Shown here: positions 1 to 9,409 of the stretch, piece by piece
How positions within the stretch are numbered: the first letter of the stretch is position 1
How the letters are laid out: the number at the start of each line of letters is the position of its first letter
NCBI GenBank assembly: GCA_900315065.1
Contig: OMXQ01000006.1
Span: forward strand, 7,100-71,099
DNA length: 64,000 nt
Direction of reading: 5' to 3'
Origin: an uncultured Erysipelotrichaceae bacterium
GTDB lineage: Bacteria > Bacillota_I > Bacilli_A > Erysipelotrichales > Erysipelotrichaceae
Made by a program: the position numbers and the translations under genes
Notes under the pieces: generated by a model
The model's database searches: none
Told to the model about the DNA's origin: nothing
What the model saw: only the letters and a program-made list of their open reading frames with translations

Positions 1-2
1 CA

Positions 3-65
3 CAAATTGCCGGGGAAGGATTGCAGGGATATGTCCATGCCATGGATGTCATCCTCGGTAAGTGA
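3..65 (+). CDS. 3' end of a gene truncated by the window edge (QIAGEGLQGYVHAMDVILGK*), possibly type II 3-dehydroquinate dehydratase
   Basis: Open frame to TGA at 63-65; resemblance to the AroQ C-terminus is from memory and covers only 20 aa. Confidence 0.25.
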   Translation, partial: QIAGEGLQGYVHAMDVILGK

Positions 66-70
66 GGGAT

Positions 71-99
71 TTTTCATTCCTTGACGCGTGTGTTATAAT
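71..99 (+). promoter_or_regulatory. sigma70/sigA-type promoter with extended -10
   Basis: TTTTCA(71-76), 17 bp, TATAAT(94-99) preceded by TG at 91-92. Confidence 0.55.
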
Positions 100-108
100 G
101 AGCGCGCT

Positions 109-558
109 ATGAAGAAAAAAGAAATTATTATTACGATTGTAATTGCCATTGCCGGCGTCATATTAGCGGGTTTTACGTATTTTTCCAGAGTGAAGAAAAC
201 ACAGAATACAGCTGCTTCTTCTTCCGCATCTGAAACCCAGGAAGATCCGGATGCAGTCCCGTCTGAAACCCCGAAGGGATCCTGGATTGCCATCATTCAT
301 CGCAATCATGTTGCCCAGTGGTTTGATTCGGGAGTTGACGGGGAATATGATCTGACCGGTGACTATGGTGCTTTCCATGTATTGGTCAAGGATGGAAAAT
401 GGTGCGCCCATGATGTTGAGTGTCCGAACCACAATTGCGAACAGATGGGCTGGGACAGCGTTGAATCCCCGAATCTGATTCCGATTACCTGCATCCCGAA
501 TAACATAGTGATTGTCACTGCAGATATGGCAGAGAATTATCTGGAGACAGTACAATGA
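109..558 (+). CDS. NusG domain II (DUF1312)-containing membrane-anchored protein
   Basis: N-terminal TM helix; C-terminal CPNHNCEQMGW...ITCIPNNIVI motif; lies upstream of a Gx transporter as is typical. Confidence 0.75.
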   Translation: MKKKEIIITIVIAIAGVILAGFTYFSRVKKTQNTAASSSASETQEDPDAVPSETPKGSWIAIIHRNHVAQWFDSGVDGEYDLTGDYGAFHVLVKDGKWCAHDVECPNHNCEQMGWDSVESPNLIPITCIPNNIVIVTADMAENYLETVQ

Positions 559-1067
559 GAATCGATCAGACCAGGCATTTTACTTATCTGGCTTTGCTAA
601 GTGCCATGGCAATTACGCTGAATTTATTGGAAACAGCGATGATTCCGCCTTTATTTGGCGTGTTCAGAATTGGTCTGGCAAATATTATTGCCCTGGTTGC
701 GCTGAAAATCCTGGGCGTCAGGGATATGGTCATCGTCAATGTCATGCGTGTCGTGATCGGCAATCTTCTTTCCGGAAGATTCCTTGGATCCACGTTCTGG
801 ATCTCAGCCGGCGGCGTATTGATTTCGACGATTGTTCTGATCATCATGGACAAGCTGAAGAGTTCCCTGATGTTTACGTCTGTGCTTTCAGCGATCGGCC
901 ACAGCTGCGGTCAGGTCATGGTTGTCATGATGTTCTATATGCAGCCGATGATTGCGACGATCCTTCCGTATTTTCTGGTGTTGTCCATTCCGACGGGGCT
1001 GTTTACAGGCTTCATCGCAAAGATTGCCAGTGACAGAGTAAAGCCTTTGCGTAAAGGCGGAAATTGA
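555..1067 (+). CDS. Gx transporter / heptaprenyl diphosphate synthase component I family membrane protein
   Basis: 170-aa hydrophobic protein with FRIGLANII and SAIGHSCGQ motifs; ATGA overlap with upstream gene. Confidence 0.75.
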   Translation: MRIDQTRHFTYLALLSAMAITLNLLETAMIPPLFGVFRIGLANIIALVALKILGVRDMVIVNVMRVVIGNLLSGRFLGSTFWISAGGVLISTIVLIIMDKLKSSLMFTSVLSAIGHSCGQVMVVMMFYMQPMIATILPYFLVLSIPTGLFTGFIAKIASDRVKPLRKGGN

Positions 1068-1195
1068 AAAAAGAAAAACAGTAAGCGAAGCAGTAAATCT
1101 CTGGAGAAAGATCCGGAGATTTTTATTTCGGGCAGGAATCAATGATTCATTGAATATCCGTAATATACTTATTGAAGATATCAGGAGGCAGGGAA

Positions 1196-2536
1196 ATGAA
1201 GAAACGGAATCTGATCGAAGGAGACATAAAGAAACAGGTATTGTTGTTCACCTTGCCGCTTGCCTTCAGCGGTATCCTTCAGCAATTGTTCAATGCGGCA
1301 GATGTTGCTGTGGTAGGACAATTCGTCGGCAAGGAAGCCATGGCTGCTGTCGGTGCCAACAGCCCGGTTGTCAATATTCTGATTACTTTGTTTACCGGTG
1401 TTTCCTTAGGTGCCAATGTTGTTATCTCCCAGCTGACTGGTCAGCAGGATCATCAGAATAGTGAAAAGGCAGTTCATACAGCAGTGCTGGTAGCTCTGAT
1501 CAGCGGCCTGATTGTACTGGTGTTCGGCCAACTGGCTGCCCAGGGAATTCTGACCATGATGAAAGTGCCGGCAGATGTCATGGATCTGGCAGTATTGTAT
1601 CTGCGCGTATATCTGATCGGCATGCCGGTAATCATGTTGTATAACTTTGAAGCAGCGATTTACCAGTCACAGGGAGATACCAGAACTCCTCTGATTGCAT
1701 TGGTCGCAAGCGGTCTGGTCAATGTGGTATTGAACGTATTCTTTGTCGTTGTCATCGGCAGAAGCGTAGATGGTGTCGCAATCGCAACGGTTATTTCCAA
1801 TGTCATCAGTTCGCTGATTCTGCTGGTCAACCTGGTCAGAGGAAAGCTGCCTGTACGGGTATACAGGAGCGGATTGAAAATAGAACCTGTGCTTCTGAAG
1901 AGAATGCTCAGAATCGGTTTGCCGGCAGGCATTCAGGGCATGGTATTTTCCATTTCCAATATCATTATCCAGACAGCTGTGAATTCACTTGGTACTGATG
2001 TCGTTGCTGGTTCCAGTGCTGCCTTCAATATTGAAGTCATCGGTTTCTTCTTAGTTGACAGCTTTTCCCAGGCTTGTACAACTTTTGTCGGTCAGAACTA
2101 TGGAGCAGGAAAACAGAAGCGGTGTCATGATTCCATAAAGTGGTGCCTGATTGAAAGTTCCATCATCGCGGCAATTGCCTCAGTTGTATTGATCGCTTCC
2201 GGCAGATTTATACTTTCTTTCTTCAATAAAGATCCGGGTGTAATTGCATATGGCATGATGCGCCTGACTGGTATTCTCCCGTTTGAAGTATTGAACGGGG
2301 CGATTGATATCCTTTCCGGGGCAATGAGAGGATATGGTGAATCCATGAAACCTGCCATTGTAACTTTGGTCGGTGTCTGCGGCGTGAGAATTACATGGGT
2401 ATATACCTACTTCCAGGCACATCGTACTTTTGATGTTGTATTAATGGCGTATCCGATCAGCTGGGTGGTGACGTTCATTATTCTGGTCATACTTTATATC
2501 AGTATGCGGAAAAACGGATTGGGCGAGATGAAATAA
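1196..2536 (+). CDS. MATE family efflux transporter
   Basis: LQQLFNAADVAVVGQFVGKEAMAAVG, GDTRTPL, GVAIATVIS motifs; many TM segments; GGAGG SD upstream. Confidence 0.9.
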   Translation: MKKRNLIEGDIKKQVLLFTLPLAFSGILQQLFNAADVAVVGQFVGKEAMAAVGANSPVVNILITLFTGVSLGANVVISQLTGQQDHQNSEKAVHTAVLVALISGLIVLVFGQLAAQGILTMMKVPADVMDLAVLYLRVYLIGMPVIMLYNFEAAIYQSQGDTRTPLIALVASGLVNVVLNVFFVVVIGRSVDGVAIATVISNVISSLILLVNLVRGKLPVRVYRSGLKIEPVLLKRMLRIGLPAGIQGMVFSISNIIIQTAVNSLGTDVVAGSSAAFNIEVIGFFLVDSFSQACTTFVGQNYGAGKQKRCHDSIKWCLIESSIIAAIASVVLIASGRFILSFFNKDPGVIAYGMMRLTGILPFEVLNGAIDILSGAMRGYGESMKPAIVTLVGVCGVRITWVYTYFQAHRTFDVVLMAYPISWVVTFIILVILYISMRKNGLGEMK

Positions 2537-2561
2537 GCAGCTGCAGAATCAGATTATTACA

Positions 2562-2592
2562 GGGAGAATTGATCGTCAGTTCTCTCTTTTTC
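2562..2592 (+). terminator. Intrinsic terminator after MATE gene
   Basis: GAGAATTGA-TCG-TCAGTTCTC hairpin followed by a T-rich tract. Confidence 0.6.
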
Positions 2593-2601
2593 TTTGGCAA
2601 T

Positions 2602-2649
2602 TTGTCCTCTTTGTCTGAATTTATATAATTAATTAAATCATTTAATTAA
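2602..2649 (+). promoter_or_regulatory. Promoter of sugar cluster with palindromic operator TTAATTAA-N5-TTAATTAA (2629-2649)
   Basis: TTGTCC(2602-07), 16 bp, TATAAT(2624-29); perfect 10-bp inverted repeat TTAATTAAAT-C-ATTTAATTAA over the start region. Confidence 0.65.
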
Positions 2650-2697
2650 ATAGGACGTATAATGTAGCCAGAGTTACATAAGAGGAAAAAATAAAAT

Positions 2698-3651
2698 ATG
2701 TATGACGTATTAAGTGCCGGGATTGCGACCTGGGATACGATCTTTTCGGGTATCGATGCGGATATCATGGAAAAAGACGGGCAGACGGCAGAAGGATACT
2801 TTGCGGCAAGCGGCGGGGACGCGGTAAATGGTGCCGTTTCTTTAGCAAAGTTCGGGATGAAAACGGCTGTGTGTGCCTGCGTCGGTATGGATGAATCAGC
2901 AGGTCTGATTGAAGAAGATCTTCGCAAAGCCGGAGCAGATCCATATCTCTATCATGATCCGGATGTTCACACGGCTGCCCCGGTTCTATTGCTGGATGAA
3001 AAAGGAGAAAGACACATTATCCGGGTGCCGGATAACGGCAATCTCTTTTTCCGGGCGGATATGATTCCTGAAGAGCTGCTGAATCAGTGCAGACACCTGC
3101 ACATCGCCAGCGTAAACATGCTGGCAAAGCTGGACGGAAAGCCTCTGGCAGATTTATTTGCAAAGTGTCATGAAAAGGGCATTACGACTTCCCTTGATGC
3201 AAGCTATGACAAAAAGGGAAAATGGCTGGAAAACGTGGAAGGGGCATTGCATAACTGCGATATCTTCATTCCTTCTTTCCAGGAAGCCAGCATCTATGCA
3301 CAAAGTAAAAACATCGATGACATTATTGCTTTCTTCAGAAAATGGCCGCTGAAGATCTTCGGCATCAAGCTTGGTGCTGACGGCGTCGTGCTTACAGACT
3401 TCCGGAAAGTAATAAAATTACCGGCTTTGGCAGACGGAAAGGTTGTGGATACAACCGGAGCAGGAGATGCATTCATCTCTGCCTTTGTGGCAGCCTGGCT
3501 GAAAGGCTATGACCTGGCTTCTTCGGGTCTATTGGCAAGCGGCCAGTCAGCGATGGTACTTGGTTCCATTGGAGCCAACAAAGGTGCCGGTACTTTGGAA
3601 CAGGCAGCTGCGATCGTTGAGAAACACGGATATTCCTTAACAAAAAGATAA
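2698..3651 (+). CDS. PfkB/ribokinase-family sugar kinase (candidate sulfofructose kinase)
   Basis: SGGDAVNGAVSLAK N-terminal motif and VVDTTGAGDAF PfkB signature. Confidence 0.85.
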   Translation: MYDVLSAGIATWDTIFSGIDADIMEKDGQTAEGYFAASGGDAVNGAVSLAKFGMKTAVCACVGMDESAGLIEEDLRKAGADPYLYHDPDVHTAAPVLLLDEKGERHIIRVPDNGNLFFRADMIPEELLNQCRHLHIASVNMLAKLDGKPLADLFAKCHEKGITTSLDASYDKKGKWLENVEGALHNCDIFIPSFQEASIYAQSKNIDDIIAFFRKWPLKIFGIKLGADGVVLTDFRKVIKLPALADGKVVDTTGAGDAFISAFVAAWLKGYDLASSGLLASGQSAMVLGSIGANKGAGTLEQAAAIVEKHGYSLTKR

Positions 3652-3668
3652 ATTTTGTTACGCATATG

Positions 3669-3682
3669 TGTAAGCGCTTACG
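3669..3682 (+). promoter_or_regulatory. cre-like (CcpA/LacI-type) site
   Basis: TGTAAGCGCTTACG, palindromic core, in the pfkB-GH31 intergenic region. Confidence 0.6.
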
Positions 3683-3691
3683 AGGCTGACT

Positions 3692-5668
3692 ATGAAATTG
3701 ATCAAAGACAAATTGAAAAACATGCGGATAACGATCGGGATGGGGACGAACAATTTCACCATGAACCGGGGCAGCTTCCGCTATCGTCAGAAAATTGAAA
3801 AGAAAGTACCGCTTTATTGTATAAAGACGGAAGAAAACCCTGATGAAATCAGAATGATTTTTGCGGACAAAGAAAGAACAGAAATGGTAAATGCAATCTG
3901 CCGCAAAGCAGAAGCAGGATGGCAGATTCAGATCACCTGTCCGGATCAAAGTATCAACCGTTTCTGGCTGACAATGAAGCAGAACCATGAATCTTTCTAC
4001 GGGTGCGGGGAAACCTATAGTACCTTGAATCTCAAAGGTGAAAAGATCCGGATCTTTGTCGCCGAACATCAGAATACCATGCGGATCGGAAAGAAACTCA
4101 TCCGCACAAAGCTATTGGGAAAGCATCCTGAACATGTTGACCGCCTGACGGGATATGAATCCTATTATGCCCAGCCTGCTTTTGTATCAAGCGGGAAGTA
4201 TTTCGTGCATTGCGATGTCAGACAGTATTGTGAGTTTGATTTCCGCAAAGAAGATTCCTTCACCATGTATTTCCAGGAAGCGCCTTCTTTCCTGATGGCA
4301 GAAGCCGGCAGCTATGAAGCTTTGTCTTCTATATTGGCTGACAAGCTTGGTCATCAGCACGATTTGCCGGATTGGATTGATGACGGCATTATCCTGGCCA
4401 TCCAGCAGGGAACTGACGTTCTGAAGACGAAACTGGAAGAATGCAGAAAAGCAGGCATTCATGTCAACGGCATCTGGTCTCAGGACTGGTGCGGCTGCCG
4501 GAAAACGGGATTCGGCTATCAGGTCATGTGGAACTGGAAGTATGATGAAAGTCTCTACCATGATCTGCCGTCCTTCATACAGGAACTTCATCAGGAACAC
4601 ATTCACTTCCTCGGTTATATCAATCCTTTCCTGGCATTGGAAAAAGATATTTATCAGGAAGCAAAGGCAAAAGACTATTGCGTGAAGAACAAAGACGGCG
4701 AAGATTATCTGGTCAAAATCACGACTTTCCCGGCTGCCATGATCGATTTCACCAATCCGGAAGCGTATGCCTGGTACAAGAATCTGATCAAAGAAAATAT
4801 GATCGGCATCGGCATGGACGGCTGGATGGCTGACTTCGGTGAATACCTGCCGCTGGATGCAGTTCTGTACAGTAAGGAAGACCCGGCGGTACTTCATAAT
4901 CAATGGCCGGCAATCTGGGCAAAGCTTAATCGGGAAGCAATTGTTGAATCCGGTAAAGAAGGACAGGTTTTCTTCTTTACCAGAGCGGGCAATACCGGAA
5001 CAATTAAGTACAGCGATATGATGTGGACCGGCGACCAGCACGTTGACTGGTCCATGGATGACGGCCTGCCGAGTGTGATTCCTGCTTCTCTTTCGCTTGG
5101 AATGAGCGGGTTCGGGATCTCACATTCTGATGCGGGCGGCTATACAACCTTGTTTGATATGAACCGTTCCAAAGAACTTCTGCTGAGGTGGCTGGAGATG
5201 AATATCTTTTCGCCGCTGCTGCGGACACATGAGGGCAACCAGCCTGTCAGAAATGTTCAGTTTGATACCGATGAAGAAACCCTCCGTTATACAGCATTCG
5301 CATCTGCTTTGCATAAAGCATTGAAGCCTTATCTGAGGGAAGTCAGAAAAGAATGCATTGAAAAAGGAACGCCGATGATGCGGCCGCTCTTCTATCACTA
5401 TCCAGGCTTTGAAGATGAAAGAGAAGAATACCTGCTGGGCAGGGATATCCTGGTAGCTCCCATCATCAAAGAAGGTGCCTTAAAACGGGAAGTCCGTCTG
5501 CCGGACGATACCTGGATAGAAGCCGGTACCGGTAAATTGTATACAAAGGGAACCTATATAATTGATGCTCCTTTGTATCATCCGCCTGTCTTTATCAGGC
5601 AGTCATCACAATGGAAAGATTCACTGATCACAAGTATTCAGGGAAAGGAAAAATTCTATGAAAAATAA
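3692..5668 (+). CDS. yihQ: GH31 alpha-glucosidase, YihQ/sulfoquinovosidase-like
   Basis: GWMADFGEYLP nucleophile motif, MMWTGDQHVDWSMDDGL, SDAGGYTTLF, QDWCGCRKTGFGYQVMWNW segments match YihQ as recalled. Confidence 0.8.
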   Translation: MKLIKDKLKNMRITIGMGTNNFTMNRGSFRYRQKIEKKVPLYCIKTEENPDEIRMIFADKERTEMVNAICRKAEAGWQIQITCPDQSINRFWLTMKQNHESFYGCGETYSTLNLKGEKIRIFVAEHQNTMRIGKKLIRTKLLGKHPEHVDRLTGYESYYAQPAFVSSGKYFVHCDVRQYCEFDFRKEDSFTMYFQEAPSFLMAEAGSYEALSSILADKLGHQHDLPDWIDDGIILAIQQGTDVLKTKLEECRKAGIHVNGIWSQDWCGCRKTGFGYQVMWNWKYDESLYHDLPSFIQELHQEHIHFLGYINPFLALEKDIYQEAKAKDYCVKNKDGEDYLVKITTFPAAMIDFTNPEAYAWYKNLIKENMIGIGMDGWMADFGEYLPLDAVLYSKEDPAVLHNQWPAIWAKLNREAIVESGKEGQVFFFTRAGNTGTIKYSDMMWTGDQHVDWSMDDGLPSVIPASLSLGMSGFGISHSDAGGYTTLFDMNRSKELLLRWLEMNIFSPLLRTHEGNQPVRNVQFDTDEETLRYTAFASALHKALKPYLREVRKECIEKGTPMMRPLFYHYPGFEDEREEYLLGRDILVAPIIKEGALKREVRLPDDTWIEAGTGKLYTKGTYIIDAPLYHPPVFIRQSSQWKDSLITSIQGKEKFYEK

Positions 5669-7133
5669 AAACAAAGAAGATAGTCTTCTCGCCAAAGCCG
5701 GGTATGGATTTGCGGATGTTTACGGCGGCGGTGCCTTTGTCGTCATTTCTACTTTCTATACAGTCTTTCTGACCAAAGCACAATCCATGCCGGTTGCTTT
5801 AGCCGGGACAATTCCGTTAATCGGCAAGATCTGGGATGCGGTAACCGATCCGATTATGGGCAACATCGCGGATCGCACAAAATCAAAGTTCGGGGCCAAG
5901 CGTTTCTATATCCTGATCGGCAGTTTCGTGTCAGCTCTGACATTTGCTTTGATGTGGGTGCCTTTCAACGGCAATATGACAGCCCGCTACATCTTCTATG
6001 TAATGATGTATATGTTGTTCTCAACCGGATTTACCATCGTCATGGTTCCTTACAACGGCTTATTGCCGGACATGGTAGATGATTACAAGAAGCGTTCTTC
6101 CTTTACCAGCGTCAGAATGATCTTCTCAACTTTCGGCGCTATTCTTGCCGGTCTGATTCCGACTTTGTTAATCAGAGACAATACCAATGCGGCTCAGTAT
6201 ATGAGGGTCGGTCTGATCTTTGCAGTTTTATTCCTGATTGTGATTCTGCTGACCTTTGCTTTGACTTGGGAAAAGCAGAAAGAACCAGTCAGAATGAGTA
6301 TGGCTGAAAGTTTCCGCCAGTCTTTCTCCGTTTACAAAAGCAGATCCTTCCGTCTGTTTATCGGCATCTTCCTGACTGGCCAGGCAGCGGCAGATTTCTT
6401 TACCGGCTTAGCTGTGTATTACGTAGATGATGTTTTGAATGCTTACGGCGGCGGCAGGTTTACGATCCTGATGGGAGTATTGCTGATTGCCCAGTTTGTC
6501 GGTACCATTTTATTCTCATTGATCATTACGAAGAAATCCAAGCAGTTCCCGTTATTGATTACTTTCCCTTTCAGAATCATCGCAACCGCTGCACTTCTCT
6601 TCTTCTCGCATGAAGGGACTCCGTTTATTGCTATTCTGATTTTATCCTTCATGATCGGTGTTTCCATGGCAGGTACGACAACAACCATTTATGCCATTCT
6701 GAGTGATCTGGCTGATGTGGATGAATTGATTACCGGCGTATCAAGACCGGCTACAGTTTCTGCGATGGCAACTTTTATCCGCAAGGTTGCAACCGGAGCA
6801 GCATCTGCCGTGATCGGCGTATTGTTATCAATGGTCGGCTATGATGAAGTACTGGCAAGTTCCGGACAAAGACAGACAGCCTTTACCCAGCACGGCATTG
6901 CGCTCATCTTTGTCATTGCCCCGATCATCCTGAATGTCGCCGCGTATCTTTTTACGAAGACCTTCCCGATGAAGGAAAAGGAATTCGCGGTGATCAAGAA
7001 AGAAATCGCCAGAAGAAAAGGCGAAGATACAAGTATTGCGACAGAAGAAGAAAAGAAGATCTGTGCAGCTGTAACAGGCTATGCATATGAAGATCTCTGG
7101 CAGAAAGAAAATATAGAAAAGAGGACAAATTGA
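5658..7133 (+). CDS. MFS glycoside-pentoside-hexuronide (MelB/YihO-like) symporter
   Basis: WDAVTDPIMGNIADRTKSKFG motif, VPYNGLLPDM, 12-TM pattern. Confidence 0.85.
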   Translation: MKNKNKEDSLLAKAGYGFADVYGGGAFVVISTFYTVFLTKAQSMPVALAGTIPLIGKIWDAVTDPIMGNIADRTKSKFGAKRFYILIGSFVSALTFALMWVPFNGNMTARYIFYVMMYMLFSTGFTIVMVPYNGLLPDMVDDYKKRSSFTSVRMIFSTFGAILAGLIPTLLIRDNTNAAQYMRVGLIFAVLFLIVILLTFALTWEKQKEPVRMSMAESFRQSFSVYKSRSFRLFIGIFLTGQAAADFFTGLAVYYVDDVLNAYGGGRFTILMGVLLIAQFVGTILFSLIITKKSKQFPLLITFPFRIIATAALLFFSHEGTPFIAILILSFMIGVSMAGTTTTIYAILSDLADVDELITGVSRPATVSAMATFIRKVATGAASAVIGVLLSMVGYDEVLASSGQRQTAFTQHGIALIFVIAPIILNVAAYLFTKTFPMKEKEFAVIKKEIARRKGEDTSIATEEEKKICAAVTGYAYEDLWQKENIEKRTN

Positions 7134-7134
7134 A

Positions 7135-7998
7135 ATGACGAAAATTGGTTTTGTGGGACTTGGAATTATGGGAGAAGCCATGTGCGGCAACATCGTTCGT
7201 AAGAATGACGGGCCTGTTTATGTCTTCGATTTCGTAAAGGAGAAGGTGGATAAGCTGGCAGAAATCGGTGCCATTGCATGTTCTTCTTCAAAGGAAGTTG
7301 CTGAAAAGTGCGATGTCTTTGTTTCCATGGTACCGAAGAGTGAACACTCAAGAGCTGTGTATGATGAAATTATCCCGGTATTGAGAAAAGGACAGCTGTG
7401 CATTGACATGAGTACCATTGATCCTTCTGTTTCCGTAGAAATTTCAAAGAAAGTAAAGGAAACCGGTGCAGAATTCATCGACGCACCAGTCGTCAAATCC
7501 AGACCGGCAGCCGAAGCAGGCAAGCTTGGCATTTATGTGGGCGGCAGTGAAGAAGCATACAGACAGGCACTTCCGATCCTTTCTTTCATGGGAGAGAATG
7601 TTATCCGCATGGGTGATAACGGCAGGGGCCTGGTCATGAAAATCTGTCACAATGCCCTTGTTTCCCAGATCCAGAACGGCGTCAATGAAACCAGCACCCT
7701 GGCCGCAAGAAACGGCATTGATATTCAGACTTTCGCTAAGGCAATCAGCTATGGCGGCGGGCAGAACTTCTATCTGGATTCCAAGAAGGACGTCATTGAA
7801 AAAGAAGACTTTACAACTGCTTTTTCCATTGCCAACATGCACAAGGATGTTCATATCTGTCTGAAGCTGGCAGAACAGACCAATACAAAAATGCCTGGTG
7901 AAGAAAACGCTGCCCGTGTCTATGACAAGGCAATGGAAGAAAACCTGGGCGGGGAAGACTTCGCGGCCACAATCAAGGTTGTCAGAGGCTTGAAATGA
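7135..7998 (+). CDS. NAD(P)-dependent beta-hydroxyacid dehydrogenase (candidate sulfolactaldehyde reductase, YihU-like)
   Basis: IGFVGLGIMG Rossmann motif, IDMSTIDP, FIDAPV, catalytic K in VMKICHN. Confidence 0.8.
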   Translation: MTKIGFVGLGIMGEAMCGNIVRKNDGPVYVFDFVKEKVDKLAEIGAIACSSSKEVAEKCDVFVSMVPKSEHSRAVYDEIIPVLRKGQLCIDMSTIDPSVSVEISKKVKETGAEFIDAPVVKSRPAAEAGKLGIYVGGSEEAYRQALPILSFMGENVIRMGDNGRGLVMKICHNALVSQIQNGVNETSTLAARNGIDIQTFAKAISYGGGQNFYLDSKKDVIEKEDFTTAFSIANMHKDVHICLKLAEQTNTKMPGEENAARVYDKAMEENLGGEDFAATIKVVRGLK

Positions 7999-8669
7999 CC
8001 CTGCTGGAACACCTGCAGGCATGTAATACCATGCCGGTTTATGATGCTCATTCTGATGCCTTCCGTTCTTATGGAAGATTTGTCAAAGGAGACTATTTCA
8101 AAAAGGAGCTGGAAGTATTGGAAACCATGCCAATTCCTTCGGAAGGAAATCAGTACATTCCTTCAGTAAAAGAGCTGGAAATTCCTGAGATCAAAGCAAA
8201 GATTGAGAAAGAACTCTACGGCGGCATGGAAATCCAGATCGGTTATTGCAACGGCCGCAATTCAACGATCAATGGTTTTGAATACCACAAGGGCAGTGAA
8301 ATCAATGCGGCTGCCTGTGACTTTGTCCTGGCACTGGGCCATGTCTGGGAGATCGATGATCTTCATTATGACATCTCCAAAGCAAAGCTCTTCCTTTTCC
8401 GCAAAGGAGACGTCTTAGAAATGTATCAGACAACTCTTCATCTCAGTCCGATCAAAGTTTGCGACGAAGGCTTCCGGGACCTGGTGGTATTGCCGAAAGG
8501 AACCAACACGGATCTTGAAACAGAGAAAACAGCCCATCCGGAAGATCCGGAAACCAGACTGCTCATCAAAAAAAACAAGTGGGTGATTTCTCATCCGGAC
8601 AGAAAACCATTAATCGACCAGGGTGCTTATCCTGGTGTCATGGGTGAGAATTACGAACTCAAGTACTGA
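7995..8669 (+). CDS. DUF4867 family protein (SftX/SqvB-like, found in sulfoglycolysis clusters)
   Basis: QIGYCNGRNSTINGFEYHKGSEIN, YQTTLHLSP, VVLPKGTN, KNKWVISHP motifs. Confidence 0.7.
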   Translation: MTLLEHLQACNTMPVYDAHSDAFRSYGRFVKGDYFKKELEVLETMPIPSEGNQYIPSVKELEIPEIKAKIEKELYGGMEIQIGYCNGRNSTINGFEYHKGSEINAAACDFVLALGHVWEIDDLHYDISKAKLFLFRKGDVLEMYQTTLHLSPIKVCDEGFRDLVVLPKGTNTDLETEKTAHPEDPETRLLIKKNKWVISHPDRKPLIDQGAYPGVMGENYELKY

Positions 8670-8671
8670 TC

Positions 8672-9370
8672 ATGATTGTGTTTGCATTGATTGTGCTGAT
8701 TGCCAATATCATCCAGGGTATTACCGGTTTTGCCGGAACCATTCTGGCCATGCCTTTCTCTTTGTTAACCGAAGGACCAGGCATAGCAATCCCGGCTCTG
8801 AACTTTTTCGGCCTTCTGGCTGGCATTCTGGTGGTCGCAAAGCATTGGAAAGATCTTGACTGGAAGGAATTTTCAAAAATCATTCTGTGTGCGCTGCCAT
8901 CCATGCTAGCAGGCATTGTGATTCAGAAACAGATGGCTTCTCACGCAGAGGTCATGTATAAAATGCTCGGCATCCTGGTCATTGTCATTGCGGTATGCGG
9001 TATGAAAAATATCCAGTTCGGCAAACACCGTGAGTGGATGATTCTCGCTTCCGGCGTTGTACACGGCATGTATGTGTGCGGCGGACCCTTATTAACAGGG
9101 TATCTCACGACAAGGATTCATGAAAAGCAGAAGTTCAGAGTGACAATCTCAGCAGTATGGATCCTTCTCAACGGGATGCTGATGATCTCTGAAGCAAGAC
9201 AGGGAATGTGGAAGGCGGCAAGCATCAGAGCAACTGCATTGACGACTCCCTTCCTGGTTGCAGGCATGTTCATCGGCGGCAGACTTGCGGAAAAAATGAG
9301 CAGGGAAACTTTTATGAAGATTACCTATATTCTGCTGATCATTGCCGGCATCTCTCTGCTGGTCAAATAG
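8672..9370 (+). CDS. TauE/SafE family (sulfonate/sulfite) exporter
   Basis: QGITGFAGTILAMP and GGP motifs, ~8 TM segments, 232 aa. Confidence 0.8.
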   Translation: MIVFALIVLIANIIQGITGFAGTILAMPFSLLTEGPGIAIPALNFFGLLAGILVVAKHWKDLDWKEFSKIILCALPSMLAGIVIQKQMASHAEVMYKMLGILVIVIAVCGMKNIQFGKHREWMILASGVVHGMYVCGGPLLTGYLTTRIHEKQKFRVTISAVWILLNGMLMISEARQGMWKAASIRATALTTPFLVAGMFIGGRLAEKMSRETFMKITYILLIIAGISLLVK

Positions 9371-9409
9371 CATCAAGATAAAATACAAAGTAAGAAAAAG
9401 AGGAAAATT

